Position numbers and translations under genes: made by a program
Shown here: positions 39,638 through 52,600 of the stretch, piece after piece
Numbering within the stretch: position 1 is the stretch's first letter
Layout of the letters: each line of letters opens with the position of its first letter
Assembly (NCBI RefSeq): GCF_964355755.1
Contig: NC_092671.1
Location: 10,726,001-10,790,000 of the forward strand
Source of the DNA: Antedon mediterranea
Taxonomy: Eukaryota > Animalia > Echinodermata
Reading direction: 5' to 3'
Length of the DNA stretch: 64,000 nt
Notes under the pieces: model-generated
What the model saw: the letters and a program-made list of their open reading frames with translations, nothing else
Told to the model about the DNA's origin: nothing
The model's database searches: none

Positions 39638-41644
39638 TAACGTTTCTGGCTGTTTTACTTTATCCTTTTGATTTAGCTTTTCACTTTTTGTTTGTATCTC
39701 CATTGAGATTCAGCCACTGATACCCACAGCATTGTCATTTTTTCAGTTATTTGCCTTTGGATTTTATTTATATATATAAATATATATAGAGGATTAAGAT
39801 TATAATATACAGCATTTAAAATTACCAACTATTAATTAATCAAATCACTTTGGATTAAGTTACTACAATCCTGAATTTGATTAAGGTGATTACTAAGCTT
39901 TCTCTTAAAATAGGTTGCAAGAGTTACAGACGAATGTATCTTTGACATTCAAAGGCAAGGAATTCCAGATCCTCACAATTCTTAGCAGGAATGCTAAATT
40001 TACTCGAATCCGTACTTGTTTATATTTGGCTTATATAAGTTTGAAGTGAAACTCTTAAACTATTTTTCCCTTTAAAATGGTAATGGTCATTTTATCGTCA
40101 TTGATGTGATATATTTTCAATTGTTTTGTGTTAGTTCGGTTAAAGTTAAACTTTATTCAATTAAATATGTTGTTTTGGGTGGTTTTTTTGTTGCTGCTGG
40201 TGGTATCTACAATATCTAAGGTAAGCTATATACTTGGGGTAAATGGGGAAACTTTAGAGGGGTCTGCCAGTGCCAAGGCAGTGTACAGATAGTCTGTTAT
40301 AGGTCATTTGGTATTGCTTACAATGTGCTAAATCATAATTATAACATTGGTTGCTGGTGGTATCTTCAAGATCTAAGCTAGGCCAGTTGGGGGAATGGAG
40401 TCTCTAGTCGAACTTTTAGAGGGGTCTGCCAGGGCCAAGGCAGTGTACAGATAGTTTGTAATAGGTCATTTGGTGATTGCTTACAATGTGCTAAATCATA
40501 TAACATTGGTTGCTGGTGGTATCTACAATATCTAAGCTGGGCTAGTTGGGGAAAGAGGGGTCTCTAGTCTAACTTTAGAGGGGTCTGCCAGGGCCAAGGC
40601 AGTGTACAGATAGTCTGTAATAGGTCATTTGGTATTGCCTACATGTGCTAAATCATATAACATTGGTTGCTGGTGGTATCTACAATATCTAAGCTGGGTT
40701 AGTTGGGGGAAGGGGGGCCTCTAGTCTAACTTTAGGGTGTCTGGCACTTGCGGTGCAGCAGACAATTAGTCTGTTGTTATCCATTTAGTATTGTATGAAC
40801 ACAACTTGTTCGTTTGGAATTGATTTTGAGTGGTACCTCACTCATCTATGCTAACCCCATTTTAGGCCCTCCCTCGGGGGGTCTGGCGGGCCTTTTGCAG
40901 CAGAGAAAAAGTCTGTCGTTTGTGATACTGTTATAAGGATGCCAATGGGCATCCCATGGTGGTAAAATTAGGTGGTATCTCTCTCATCTAACCTGTGCCG
41001 ATTTTTTAGCACGTTTCGGGGTCCCCCCGGTCTAGACGCAGCAGGGGGTACCCGGCAGACTCCCATTTTCATTCACTTCAAGTGACCCCCAACACACTCA
41101 AATAGTCAGATATTGGTACCTAGCTCATCTAACCAAATGTCTCTGGGCTGCCGGTCTAAGTTAGATCGCTGGCAATAAATGAATGCATAAAAGTGCATAA
41201 TAGCCCTCTGACGTACTCTCACGGTCAATGGAACGTCGTGGTTTTCTAGGCGCTGAAGCATGAAGTGAACGCGAACGTTTTTTACTGTATATTATATTCC
41301 CCGACAAAAAGTACCCGTGTTCCCCGACGGGGGGGGGGGGGGGGGGGGGCGCTAGGCTCCCCGACGAGGGGGCTAGAGCCCCCGTAGCCCCCCGCTGGCA
41401 CCACCACTGATTTATATTCCTCAACAAATTGCTGTAAATAAATATTATAGATAGAGCTAGCAAATAGCATTTGCCTTCACCCAGTGTGCTTTTTTCGGGG
41501 CTGCTCCTAGATATACGTTCGCATTGAACTTGAACGCAAAACAAAATACGGAGTAAATGATCAAACAATCGGCGGTTCCGCACAGAGCACGCGCATCTAA
41601 CATACGGCAACAAATAGTTATCGTCATTTAAATTATCGACGTGT

Positions 41645-42670
41645 TGCTGCTGGTGGTATCTACAATATCTAAGGTAAGCTATATACTTGGGGTAAATGGG
41701 GAAACTTTAGAGGGGTCTGCCAGTGCCAAGGCAGTGTACAGATAGTCTGTTATAGGTCATTTGGTATTGCTTACAATGTGCTAAATCATAATTATAACAT
41801 TGGTTGCTGGTGGTATCTTCAAGATCTAAGCTAGGCCAGTTGGGGGAATGGAGTCTCTAGTCGAACTTTTAGAGGGGTCTGCCAGGGCCAAGGCAGTGTA
41901 CAGATAGTTTGTAATAGGTCATTTGGTGATTGCTTACAATGTGCTAAATCATATAACATTGGTTGCTGGTGGTATCTACAATATCTAAGCTGGGCTAGTT
42001 GGGGAAAGAGGGGTCTCTAGTCTAACTTTAGAGGGGTCTGCCAGGGCCAAGGCAGTGTACAGATAGTCTGTAATAGGTCATTTGGTATTGCCTACATGTG
42101 CTAAATCATATAACATTGGTTGCTGGTGGTATCTACAATATCTAAGCTGGGTTAGTTGGGGGAAGGGGGGCCTCTAGTCTAACTTTAGGGTGTCTGGCAC
42201 TTGCGGTGCAGCAGACAATTAGTCTGTTGTTATCCATTTAGTATTGTATGAACACAACTTGTTCGTTTGGAATTGATTTTGAGTGGTACCTCACTCACGT
42301 TTTTTACTGTATATTATATTCCCCGACAAAAAGTACCCGTGTTCCCCGACGGGGGGGGGGGGGGGGGGGGGGGGCGCTAGGCTCCCCGACGAGGGGGCTA
42401 GAGCCCCCGTAGCCCCCCGCTGGCACCACCACTGATTTATATTCCTCAACAAATTGCTGTAAATAAATATTATAGATAGAGCTAGCAAATAGCATTTGCC
42501 TTCACCCAGTGTGCTTTTTTCGGGGCTGCTCCTAGATATACGTTCGCATTGAACTTGAACGCAAAACAAAATACGGAGTAAATGATCAAACAATCGGCGG
42601 TTCCGCACAGAGCACGCGCATCTAACATACGGCAACAAATAGTTATCGTCATTTAAATTATCGACGTGTT
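41645..42670 (+). repeat. Near-identical local duplication: 41645-42296 copies ~40192-40843 and 42297-42670 copies ~41277-41645
   Basis: Direct sequence identity by eye; the duplicated spurious ORFs in the track (41282 vs 42304) confirm it. Confidence 0.9.
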
Positions 42671-43699
42671 TGAGGATGAGGAAAAAAGTACGATCTTTTT
42701 GCTCATTGGTTATATAGCATGCTGCACGATAGTGTCTTTTCCGGCCATCTAGGGGTGTCATTTAACAAAATTCGCTTCGCATCAGGCGATGTCTATTTGT
42801 AATAGAGCAGAGCCCCTATTCGGGACAAAAACAAACTTGTACCCTTAATAGGAGAGATTTAAAAGGGGGAAAACAAACAAACAAATACTGTAGAAAAATG
42901 AACAATCTGAACCAAAAAAATTGAAAAGAATTGAAATTTTAGCCAACGTTTCAAACCCCCCAAAAAAATAATACTTCCAATTTTTATATCCATTTCTGTA
43001 GTAATAACAATATAAATGATTATCTAATCTTTTGTTTTTGATGGAAAAATAGATATATTGTTCCATTTTTATAGCGGCCATTTTCATGTTCCATAATAGA
43101 TTCACTGTGGCCAAAAATTTAACTCTTTTTTTGCCTTTGTTTTTTGCGGAAGTGATTAACTTTATTAAAGCACAAATAAAACAACAAAATGGCCTATTCA
43201 ACATCTGATCTTATTAATCTGGGATGTTTTGGAGGGGACAATACATTTAGAATAGATAATCATGCCATTTGGCACACTCAAACGTATGCACGTCAGTTGT
43301 ACGAACATCAAACATATTAAAATTACAGATATGTTCAGCTATACAATTTTTATGTGTCATACATTCTAATAATTATACCCTATAGATCTATAGTCATGTT
43401 TCATTAAAACAAATTAAATAATATTTTTTATAATGAGGGGATTAATTGTAATTATGGTGCTATTTACAAATAATTATTATATAACCCATGTGAAATTCCG
43501 TTATCTGTCATTAGTTATTGCGTTTCAGTCGTTTAGCCGGGAAACAATACATAGGTATACTAATATTGTATAATTATTATTTTTTTACTTGATAATATAT
43601 TTTCTTTAAATTGTTAAACAATACAATAATTAGAATAGTAGTTTAGCCATGTTTCCACAATCAACAGCTGATAATTAAATATAAATGCCGCCATAATTT

Positions 43700-45541
43700 G
43701 ACCATGAAATTTGAGCTATCTTGAAACGTTCTTTTCAGAATGTGGACAAAACATCACACTTTAAAAATGATTTCATTACGGCCAGAAAAACGTTCAAAAA
43801 GCTTGCCAAAAAGAATTAATCACAATATATCTCACAAAATCTAATCCCAAGCGCTTTTGGACATGGATCCAGACGAAAACCAAAACGTCATCTTATCCTC
43901 CGGCCGTCTGTTTTGAACTACAGGTACAAGGTCGCGGAGAGTTCGAAAGATAAAGCTACTTTGTTCAATTCATTTTTTCATTCTGTTTTTCAAAAATCTA
44001 GATTCACGTATTACTGACCAACATCATGCTTTCCCTGAATCATCTCTTGATTAATTATTTAAGTAATTAAGCCTGTTTACAAATTGATTGCGTCTATCAA
44101 ACCACATAAAGCTTCTGGCTGCGATGAGCTGAGTAACCATGTTTTAACAGTTTGTGCGAAGCCTCTTTCTATTCCTATCTGTTCTATTTTAACAAATCTC
44201 TGACTTTTGGAAAATTCCCATCCTTCTCGAAACAATCTATATGTTGTCCCTATCCACAAATCTTGTTCCAAGAAATCAGTCACTAATTACACACCGATTT
44301 CAATTTTGCCTACCATTTAAAAACTTTTCGAAAGAGTCATGTATAATCACATTTGGTCCCATGTTCATCCTACCATCTCTCCCTATCAGCATGTTTCGTT
44401 CATGTCATGTTTTAGGTCATGTGAAACAAATCTTGCTTGTCTTCTGACTACTGTATACAATGTGACGTTATATAGGCCTATACTGACTTTTCAATTTCAA
44501 GAGCTTTCGATTTGGTGCCACACAATCTTCTTACTTTTAAACTTCAACGACTTGGTTTTAATCCTCATCTTTTGTCCAGGTTTAGAAGCTATTGGGTGGT
44601 AGACGTCAACGTGTAGTTATTGACGGAGAGGCATCGGAGTGGCTTCCAGTTCACTCAGGTGTTCTTCAGGTGTCAAATCTTGCCCCCTCTATTTGAATCT
44701 GTTTGTGAAAGATTCCTTCGCTTTTTCGCCATTTTGTATGTTTGCTGACGAAATAAAAATTATTAAAACTATTAACAGTTATGAAGATTCAGGGAGACCT
44801 TATTAAAGTTAGTTCCTGGTCCATTTTGTGGGGCATAATGTTAAACCTTTCTAAGTGAAATATTTTTTCTTTTACTTTAAATAAAAATAAAATTGTATAT
44901 GTTTATTTCATCGACCTATCAATAAGGTGCATCAACATCGTTATCTCGGTATTATTTTAGATAGTTCCCTTACCTTTTCTTTTCATGTTGATCATCTTCT
45001 TAAAAAATACAATAAGCTGCTTGGGCTGATGTGGCGCAATGGAAAATATCTTAATCTTCCAAAGTTTATCTATATCGCCCTTATCCAAAATAATTTAGAC
45101 TTTTGTTTTGTTATTTATAATTCAATCTCCAAAATACAAGGCTCACCGACTCCACTCTAGATTTGTGCGCTACATCATCCACAATCAGAATAACCTTTAT
45201 AAATGTAACAATCCTTATAATTGTGATGATGAAAACATTTACATTTTAATCTCCCCATTCCTTACGTAGATGTCACAATGATCTTATTTTTCTTTTTAAA
45301 TGCAATTTTATCTCCCAATTTTGATATTCGTGTTCCCGCCCGTAATTTAAGAAAAAACAATCTCCTCTGTGTTCCATTAATAGAGTCAATGTACTTAAAA
45401 ATGGGCACATTAGTAGATTAAGTTTATCTTATAAATAGTTTAGTCCAGGCCCATCCCCATATCGACAATTTTAAATCCAATCTTTATCTGTTTCGTTGTA
45501 ATGTTAGTGTTTCTGAGTTGTTGCAATTGTCTTTGTATCTG
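43700..45541 (+). pseudogene. Heavily degraded LINE (CR1/L2-like) reverse transcriptase and 3' end
   Basis: Remnants ASGCDEL..VL..CA..LS.PI, VVPIHK..NY.PIS.L, DF..AFDLVPH..L..KL, QRVVIDG..SEWLPV.SGV.Q, MFADEIK, HRYLGIILDSSLTFSFHVD, with many stops and frameshifts. Confidence 0.8.
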
Positions 45542-45789
45542 GTAAACCAAGCCAAGTGGCGGATTTGTTTATGCTGTTGTTTCTGGTTTCAAAACAAAAT
45601 GTGGAACAGGGTATAAAAATAACTGAGTTTCATTAAAATCGGTTAATTATCTGATATGGACCGTGATGCAAACAATGAACAGTAGGCCTATCATGGATAT
45701 TAAATTGATTTTTACTAGGCCTACCACACAATAAGGCATAGCTGATTTAATTAAGTCTTATCATCACTAAATGAAACATACAAGACATG

Positions 45790-46210
45790 ACAAATGTTAC
45801 AATAAGAGATAAAAGGTAAGCATTATTAACAAAAAGTCAAACTAAATTGATTAATGAAATGAGGAAAAGAGACAAGTTTAAAAAGAAATATAACAAATCA
45901 CCCTCCTCTCAAGTCTCGAAGGAATTTTAAAAACAAAGACATTCGGTAAATTTGCTAATTAAAAAATGTAAAAAAGTGTATTTTGATGTTGATTTAAATG
46001 TTGTAAACTGGTTCAGAAATTATTTAACTGACCGTAACCATATAACAAATGTAAATGGCTTCTTCTCAGAATCATGTAACAGTGTCTATGGGATAACCCA
46101 GGGGTCTATCCTGGGCCTTTTGTTGTTTTTATTGTATATAAACGATCTTTCAGATGTTGTTAAACATGTTAAACTGAGTATGTATGCAGATGACACTGTT
46201 TTGTATTATA
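45790..46210 (+). pseudogene. LINE (L2/CR1-like) RT fragment
   Basis: WFRNYLTDR...YGITQGSILG.LLFLLYINDL...MYADDT. Confidence 0.85.
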
Positions 46211-46991
46211 TACTGTATATGTATATTACATATCTAAAGATCCCAAAAAAAATTGTTAACAAAATTAATATAATGGAAAATCAAAACTGTACTAGTAGTT
46301 ACTATAAAGTTATGTAAGAATGTAATAAATCAATTGAATTAAGTTTAGGCAGAACACATAAGTGTAATACATCTGCTATGATAATATTCTATATATGAAA
46401 TAATGCTAAACATAAGGTTATACCTATAATAAAGCCATACAATATAAAACTAACAAACAACTAGGCCTATACTAAAACTAGTAAATGATAGAAATAAATG
46501 TATTAGGGTAAAACATAGACTGAAACACACCAACATATAAGTAAACAAACACATGTAAATGGCCAACATAGTAAGAACAGAACTTTTAAGGTTTAGAAAT
46601 AGTGGAATGAAACAAATTTTATACAAGGCCAAAACATAAAAATTAGCATATAATGTGTGTATAATAACTATGTTAAACTGATTCGTAAATGTAAATAGGT
46701 CTATCAATGTGTGTATGGGTGTATATATTTGTAATGGATGTAAAATAAGGTCAAAAGAAAAAAGAAACATACAAATTGTGAGTACTGATTTAAAACATAA
46801 TAAAAGAAACAGCTAATTTGTAATACATTTCTTAATATAAAGTAAATTTAAATGATAAATAGTCGTACTTTTACTATAACTTGCAATAAACATAAAATGT
46901 ACGTTTTTAAAGCATACTTTTACTCCATCGATTTTATGTAGCCTACATGTATAGATATAGTGCCTTTTTAACTAATATATTGAATTTTATT

Positions 46992-48669
46992 ACATTGAAT
47001 AAATTCATCTGGTTCCAAATAATATTTTTGTGGATTTTTACTTTTATGTTGAACCAAAACGAACGAAAAGGAATAAAATTACCTTCGTGACGTTTCGCCG
47101 ACAATCTGTCAGACCTAAAACAGCTGATACTCCTGGAAAATGAGGTGATGGTGTCTTTTGACGTCATCTCGTTGTTTACAAAAACACCCACAGGCCAAGC
47201 CTTGGAGGTTGTAAGATCATACTTGGAAAAAGATACAACACTACATAAGAGAACGAAATTAACAGTAGAAGACATCATGGAACTCATCTACCAGTTAATT
47301 AATGCGACATATTTCACATTTCAACAACAGATTTATGAACAGCACGAAGGTATTGCAATGGGATCTCCGGTAAGCACTCTGATAGCGAATATCTATTTAG
47401 AATGGTTAGAAGAGGAAGCCATTAAGAGCGCAGATAGAACCATCAAACCACGTTTTTGGAGACGGTATGTTGATGATGTTTTTGCCATTGTCCATAAAGA
47501 TGCACCTCTCCCCCTCAATCGCCATCTTGATAGCATTGACCCGTCGGGCAACATCAAGTTTACCACAGAAATAATGTCAGAGAAACAAATACCATTCTTG
47601 GACATGATTATCACGATTAAACAAGATAGAACACTCGCTACCAAGGTATACCGAAAACCAACTCACACCGACCAATACTTGGACTTCCACTCTAATCATC
47701 CCTTAGAACACAAACTAAGCGTGGTTAACACGTTAGTGAATAGAGCAGACACAATTGTTAGTGAAGAGAAAGATAAAAAACATGAGTTGGAACACATTAG
47801 AAAAGCATTGAAAATTTGTAACTATCCAAAATGGTCAGTAGACAGAGTCGTAAACAAGAGAAAAGAACAAAAGTCAAAAAACAAACCAGAAGAACGCCAA
47901 AGAAAGGAAATGGAGAAGATGAAAGCTCACATAGGTATCCCATACATACACGGAATTTCTGAAAAGATTCGACGCACTTTTGCTAAGCACAAAGTGAACA
48001 CTTTCTTCATTCCAAGTAATAAATTAAAAAATGGACTGGTCCACCCAAAAGATAGAATAAAAACGGAAGACATGTGCGGGGTTATATACGAAGTGAACTG
48101 TCTAAACTGTGAGAAAGTATATATAGGAGAGACCGGAAGGGCACTGAATACAAGAATTGGGGAACATAAAAAAGACGTATCAACACACAACCAAGTAGTT
48201 AGAACACGCGCAAATAGAAATTCTTCGTCCCAGGTTTTACATAAGTCAGCCATAACTGACCACGCTATAGGGAATGACCACGCTATAGGGAATGACCATA
48301 TTCCAAGTTGGAATGCGAGAGTTATTGAAAAAGAAGCACAGACAGACAAAAGAAAGATAAAAGAATCTATCTGCATAAGAAAAAGACCACATAATATCAA
48401 CAGAAACATTGGTGGGTATGACCTCCCACATACATATGATAGTTTGCTTGAAAAAGTTGAAGCAGGAGGGGGGGCCAGCGGAGACGCTCTATCGTCAATA
48501 CCAACCAGACGGCTGGTGGCGTTGTTCGTCACTTACAAAAAACCAGACCATTCCAACCCAGGCATTAGTCTGAAGCAGCTGACAGATTGTCGGCGAAACG
48601 TCACGAAGGTAATTTTATTCCTTTTCGTTCGTTTTGGTTCAACATAAAAGTAAAAATCCACAAAAAAAA
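46992..48669 (+). mobile_element. 5'-truncated Penelope-like element (Penelope/Poseidon type): RT + GIY-YIG ORF 47145-48647, inverted partial pLTR at the 5' end, 13-bp TSD
   Basis: VSFDV.SLFT, GIAMGSP.S...ANIY, RYVDD, YRKPTHTDQYL, GVIYEVNC.NC.KVYIGETGR.L..RI.EH. 47025-47112 is the reverse complement of 48579-48666. ATTGAATTTTATT occurs at 46979-46991 and 48670-48682. Confidence 0.95.
48568..48604 (+). ncRNA. Hammerhead ribozyme-like motif in the pLTR of the second Penelope
   Basis: GT-CTGAAG(C)A-GCTGACA-gat-TGTCGGC-GAA-ACGT-C-AC, with a non-canonical C at the A9 position. Confidence 0.65.
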
Positions 48670-48779
48670 ATTGAATTTTATTGTTTTATATTTTTACGAA
48701 AATGTATGTATGTTATATAATATACATTTGTAAAAGGAATGAATAAATGTGGGTGACCCCCACGAAAGAGAAAAAAAAA

Positions 48780-49445
48780 ACAAAATTAACAGTGACCTTA
48801 TAAATATAAATAACTGGCTATGCAACAACAAACTAAGCTTAAATGTAAATAAGACAGAGTTCATGTTTACTGGTTGGCATATAAAATTATCAAAGCTACC
48901 AAACAAAGACTTAAATATTAATATAAATGGAATCCCCCTTCAAAGGGTTTCATACTGTAAACACCTAGGTGTTCAAATTGATGAATCTTTAGCCTGGAAC
49001 AAACATGTTGAACTGATTAAAAACAAAGTTTCGTTCTATCTTAAAAAAGCTAAGTTGTTTGTTGCGAAAGCATCTGCAGACAAATGCTATATAAAACAAT
49101 TATAGCACCCCCCCCACCCCCATTTTGACTACTGTAACATCGTATTGGGCAGATGCAATAAACATCTAAATCATAAATTTCAAGTGCTTCAAAATAGGGC
49201 AGCAAAAATAATCACTAAAAAGAAAGTATGACTCAGCTACAGAGGCACTTGGAAAACTTAATTGGAATAATCTTGAATGGAAACTCACCTACAACGAAAA
49301 AGTTTTAATGTATAAAATAACAAATGACTTAACTCCGACTTATCTATCTAATAAATTTACTCAAAGACATTCCTCATATGATACAAGATCTAAAAATGAC
49401 CTATGTCTAGTAAAGCCAAACACAGAATATAAAAAGAAAAGTTGT
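48780..49445 (+). pseudogene. LINE RT C-terminal fragment, probably the continuation of 45790-46210
   Basis: INSDL.NINNWL.NNKLSLNVNKTEFM...KHLGVQIDESL.W.KHVE; HFDYCNIV; LQNRAAKII; MYKI.N.L.P.YL. Confidence 0.85.
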
Positions 49446-49602
49446 TTCGTCGTCGTCGTCGTCGAACTTCATTCGATTGTTATTATCTGAGTATTAAGGT
49501 AAATCTACAAGAATCGAGAACCGCACATGTAATGTCATCTATTTTACCGCACATCCGGGGAGGTTTCAGGACCATCTTTGTATCATAAGTGTTCTTTAAA
49601 AG

Positions 49603-52600
49603 TTATTTCTTCAAAAGATATTCTTTGGTGCCCGACAAACTGCAGAAAGAACAAAAATGGTATAATTAGTTCTCACCAAGTTGAACAATATTAACAATGT
49701 CGGTGTTAGAGAATTGGCATATATTATAACTTTTTTTTAAAATTTCATCTATTGTATACTTACAAATTTATTGTGATATGTTGAGCGTTACTGACACATA
49801 CATTTTGTTTTCCAGTGATATTTAAATGCAATTGGGTACTTTCGATGGTTGTTGGTACGGCTTTTGGTTGATTATCTAATTCTTCTTTCTCTCCTTCATC
49901 TAACTCGTATTCTGTTTCTTCTTGTAAATGTGCATCATCATTCTCCTCATAACTGAACCAATCTACAAAAAACCCTCACATTTTATTATCAAAACAGTGA
50001 CAGAGACATTAACAATTTCTACACTGGTGATTGGGTGAGTTTGATTACCTGGCGCTACTTTATGTTGGTGAGTTCCCGCTAAAGCTGATATGCTTTGGCA
50101 TATCTCCACCTCTCGTACACATTCCTCCATTATCTTTGTGAAATCCTCATTTTCATCAACAGACGACATATGTAACGCAGCCATGTTGCAAACAGTCTTC
50201 TTCAGCTTTGCAGTGAATATCGATGTATCAAGGGCTCTAAAGAGCTTAATACAGGATAGCAGGTACCTAATATCTCTCATATGATTTTGGCCAAAGCGAA
50301 TATGACAGGCTGCCATAAATTTCATCATGAAGTCAACCATAAAATGTATGTAACCTTGCGAGATCCCTCTTCCACCTTCACCAAGATTGTTAATGTACTC
50401 TGCAACTTCTTCACTTGTTCTCATCAATGTACACCAGTCATCCGATCCATACTTAACTTGTTTAGGCCTAATGTTTGGCCTGTCATCTCTGATCTACAAC
50501 AGACAATATTTATAATTGAACGTAATTAAAACAAAATAAACTAGTGTTATGATAGTAGCCTATTTTTTGCTACAAAAGCTAACGAATGTATATTCGGCAA
50601 ACTATACCAATATATTACGATGTGTTCCAATTGGCCATGTCCAATTGGTAACCAAGTACCATTGTATACAGTAAAACAGGAGGTTTACAATGTTGCATGA
50701 TTGTTATCTAGCAGAATAAACAATTTATGGAATATATCATTATAACATACCTGGAAAAGTGAATCTACATATGTTTGCATGATGTTACTGGTTTTTCCGA
50801 AACGACGCATCATGTTCTTATGACTTGCAGCTACACCTTTCAAGGATTTCCAACAGTTTTTCAAAAGAGATTCATTTTCCTCTTTAGAAATATTATTATA
50901 ATGCATAAGATAGCGTTTGAATTCACTAGAAATATTTGTGATCATTCGGACTCTACAGATATCAGCACTGTTCTGTTTGTCTAACTCTGATAAAAAGTAG
51001 TTCATTCCTTTATAGCATCTGGCTTTGTAGTATAGTACAGCAAGTGCAAACAACATTCTCGGAAGGAGAGTTTTTGAAGAATCAAGCCAACCTAAAAAGT
51101 TAGTTGTAAAGACTTTGGTCAGAGGTACGGTACTTATAGAAATTAAGTTGTTTTACATTTGGGTAAATTATGATATTTTTATATTCTTGATCGTAAATAA
51201 TTAACTTCTGTTTCTGGTTGTTCTTCTCCCTCATTTGTCTATAATTTAGAACAATTGTATTTATTTTGTTTTATGTAATTTGGTTCTTATACAAACCTTC
51301 CTGGTTTGCAGAGACCACATTTCAAAAACAAAAACGTTGTATTTTCAGTTATATATTACAAAATTAGACCATTACGATAAAGTGTTCGATACCGAGGTAG
51401 ATAATTAAAATAAGATAACAGAATGCATGGTTACTTCATTTGTTTTGTTCAAACTACAAAATTGTTTCGTTTATGATGACCAGAGTATTATAGCTTGATA
51501 CTTATTTAATCACTATTTTGTTGGAAAAACAAAACATTTTTATTTTGGAACTTACGTCTAATTGATCGCTGCACTTGATCTTCTTGTAGTTTACCAGGCG
51601 CCTTTGCTTTGGCTTTCAGCATCACGAAACGTTTGCGATATCTATTCAATGATTCATAATGCAGAATCTCATTACTGCAAATAGCCGAAGACGAAGTTGT
51701 TATGAGTGATCCATAAACGTGTGCTTTTATATCTGCCCATACATCGGATTTTACCAGATAACTTTCGCAAAATGGGACGCACACCTGAATATAAGGCAGA
51801 AGGCGACTATGCTCGGTTGGAAATAATCGGTTTCTTGTGGCTACAAAGTTATGCATTATTGTTAGGAAAAGCAAGATATGGGCTTTCGATAAAGCCTGGC
51901 CTGCTTTTGGGAGACTCTCAAAGTATCTAACACACAGGTACGACTGATTTATCAGGTTATTCCAAGCTTTAGTCTTGGGACTAAGATCAGCACATTGGAA
52001 TAGCATATCCATTAGTGTGCGGAATTCCGTATTACGATTTTGCCCAATGTGTTCCATCATGTCATTATGGTCGTCAGCTAAAATCAAAAGGTGTCGATAA
52101 GTGGCAGTTTCTACGACAGTTAAGCCTTCCTTCTCAGGAATAGTGTTGCTGTAATCGACACAAGAATTGAATATATACGAAATATTCCCAGCAAACGCCA
52201 ATAAAATATCGCCAGATTGTTCAACACGGACGGCTTCTGAAAGTGATGCAACCATTTCATCTAAGCTAAGTATATGATATTGGTATATAGCAGCAGATAA
52301 AATTTTACTGATTTCTTCACCTTCACCAATAACGTGACCAACGTCAATCGGATGATTCCCTGTAGTATTTTTTCCCCTCCGCTTTCTTTCTACAACTGCA
52401 AAATAAGTAGTGTGAAAATAATAAATCAACCGTGTTATTCAGTGGACATTCTTATAGAATAAAGATTAATGACGAAAATGTGAAGCAGAATATCCTGAAT
52501 TTGGTCTCTGCGGATGTGTACACTCGATAATCAGAATTGTTTTCATTGTCACATTTTAGGTAAAGGTAAAGTCGAAACCTAAGCTAATGCTAGCGGCCGT

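Larger units (their letters stand above)
36861..39764 (+). mobile_element. Degraded Penelope-like element (Neptune-type) with inverted pLTRs; RT core largely deleted, GIY-YIG interrupted
   Basis: Frameshifted fragments: RGLKFCPKP..FSRRLRLREYF; IIIKPADKG; DLFRKSTDKNMYL..SSCHP.H...NIP...RRICS; PIIAFRRPPNLRDILVRS..CGKSCKTC; CGKQYVGETKNTLRMRMTQHRS..PVAEHF. pLTR copies at 36861-37027 (-) and 39597-39764 (+). Confidence 0.9.
35485..41158. mobile_element. Academ-like non-autonomous element with ~1.5-kb inverted arms enclosing a Penelope-like element
   Basis: Starts TAGACCGGCAGCCCAGAG and ends CTCTGGGCTGCCGGTCTA. 35485-37027 is the reverse complement of 39597-41158, and the arms contain ~177-bp subterminal tandem repeats. 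The termini resemble those of the Academ at 56273. Confidence 0.8.
32834..41409. mobile_element. Non-autonomous hAT-type element, the outer shell of the nested cluster
   Basis: Imperfect 15-bp TIRs CAGGGGTGGCGCCAG / CTGGCACCACCACTG and a perfect 8-bp TSD ATTTATAT (32826-32833, 41410-41417). Confidence 0.85.

Noticed and set aside
41161-42761. Duplicated poly-Pro ORFs of 150 and 156 aa
   Set aside because: They cross a transposon terminus and a poly-G tract in duplicated DNA and show no protein-like motifs
47393-48532. Antisense ORFs of 83, 201 and 61 aa
   Set aside because: Shadow frames of the Penelope ORF
51200-51340. Extra micro-exons in the orphan gene
   Set aside because: The purine-rich segments look coding, but I could not find phase-compatible splice sites and the model closes in frame without them
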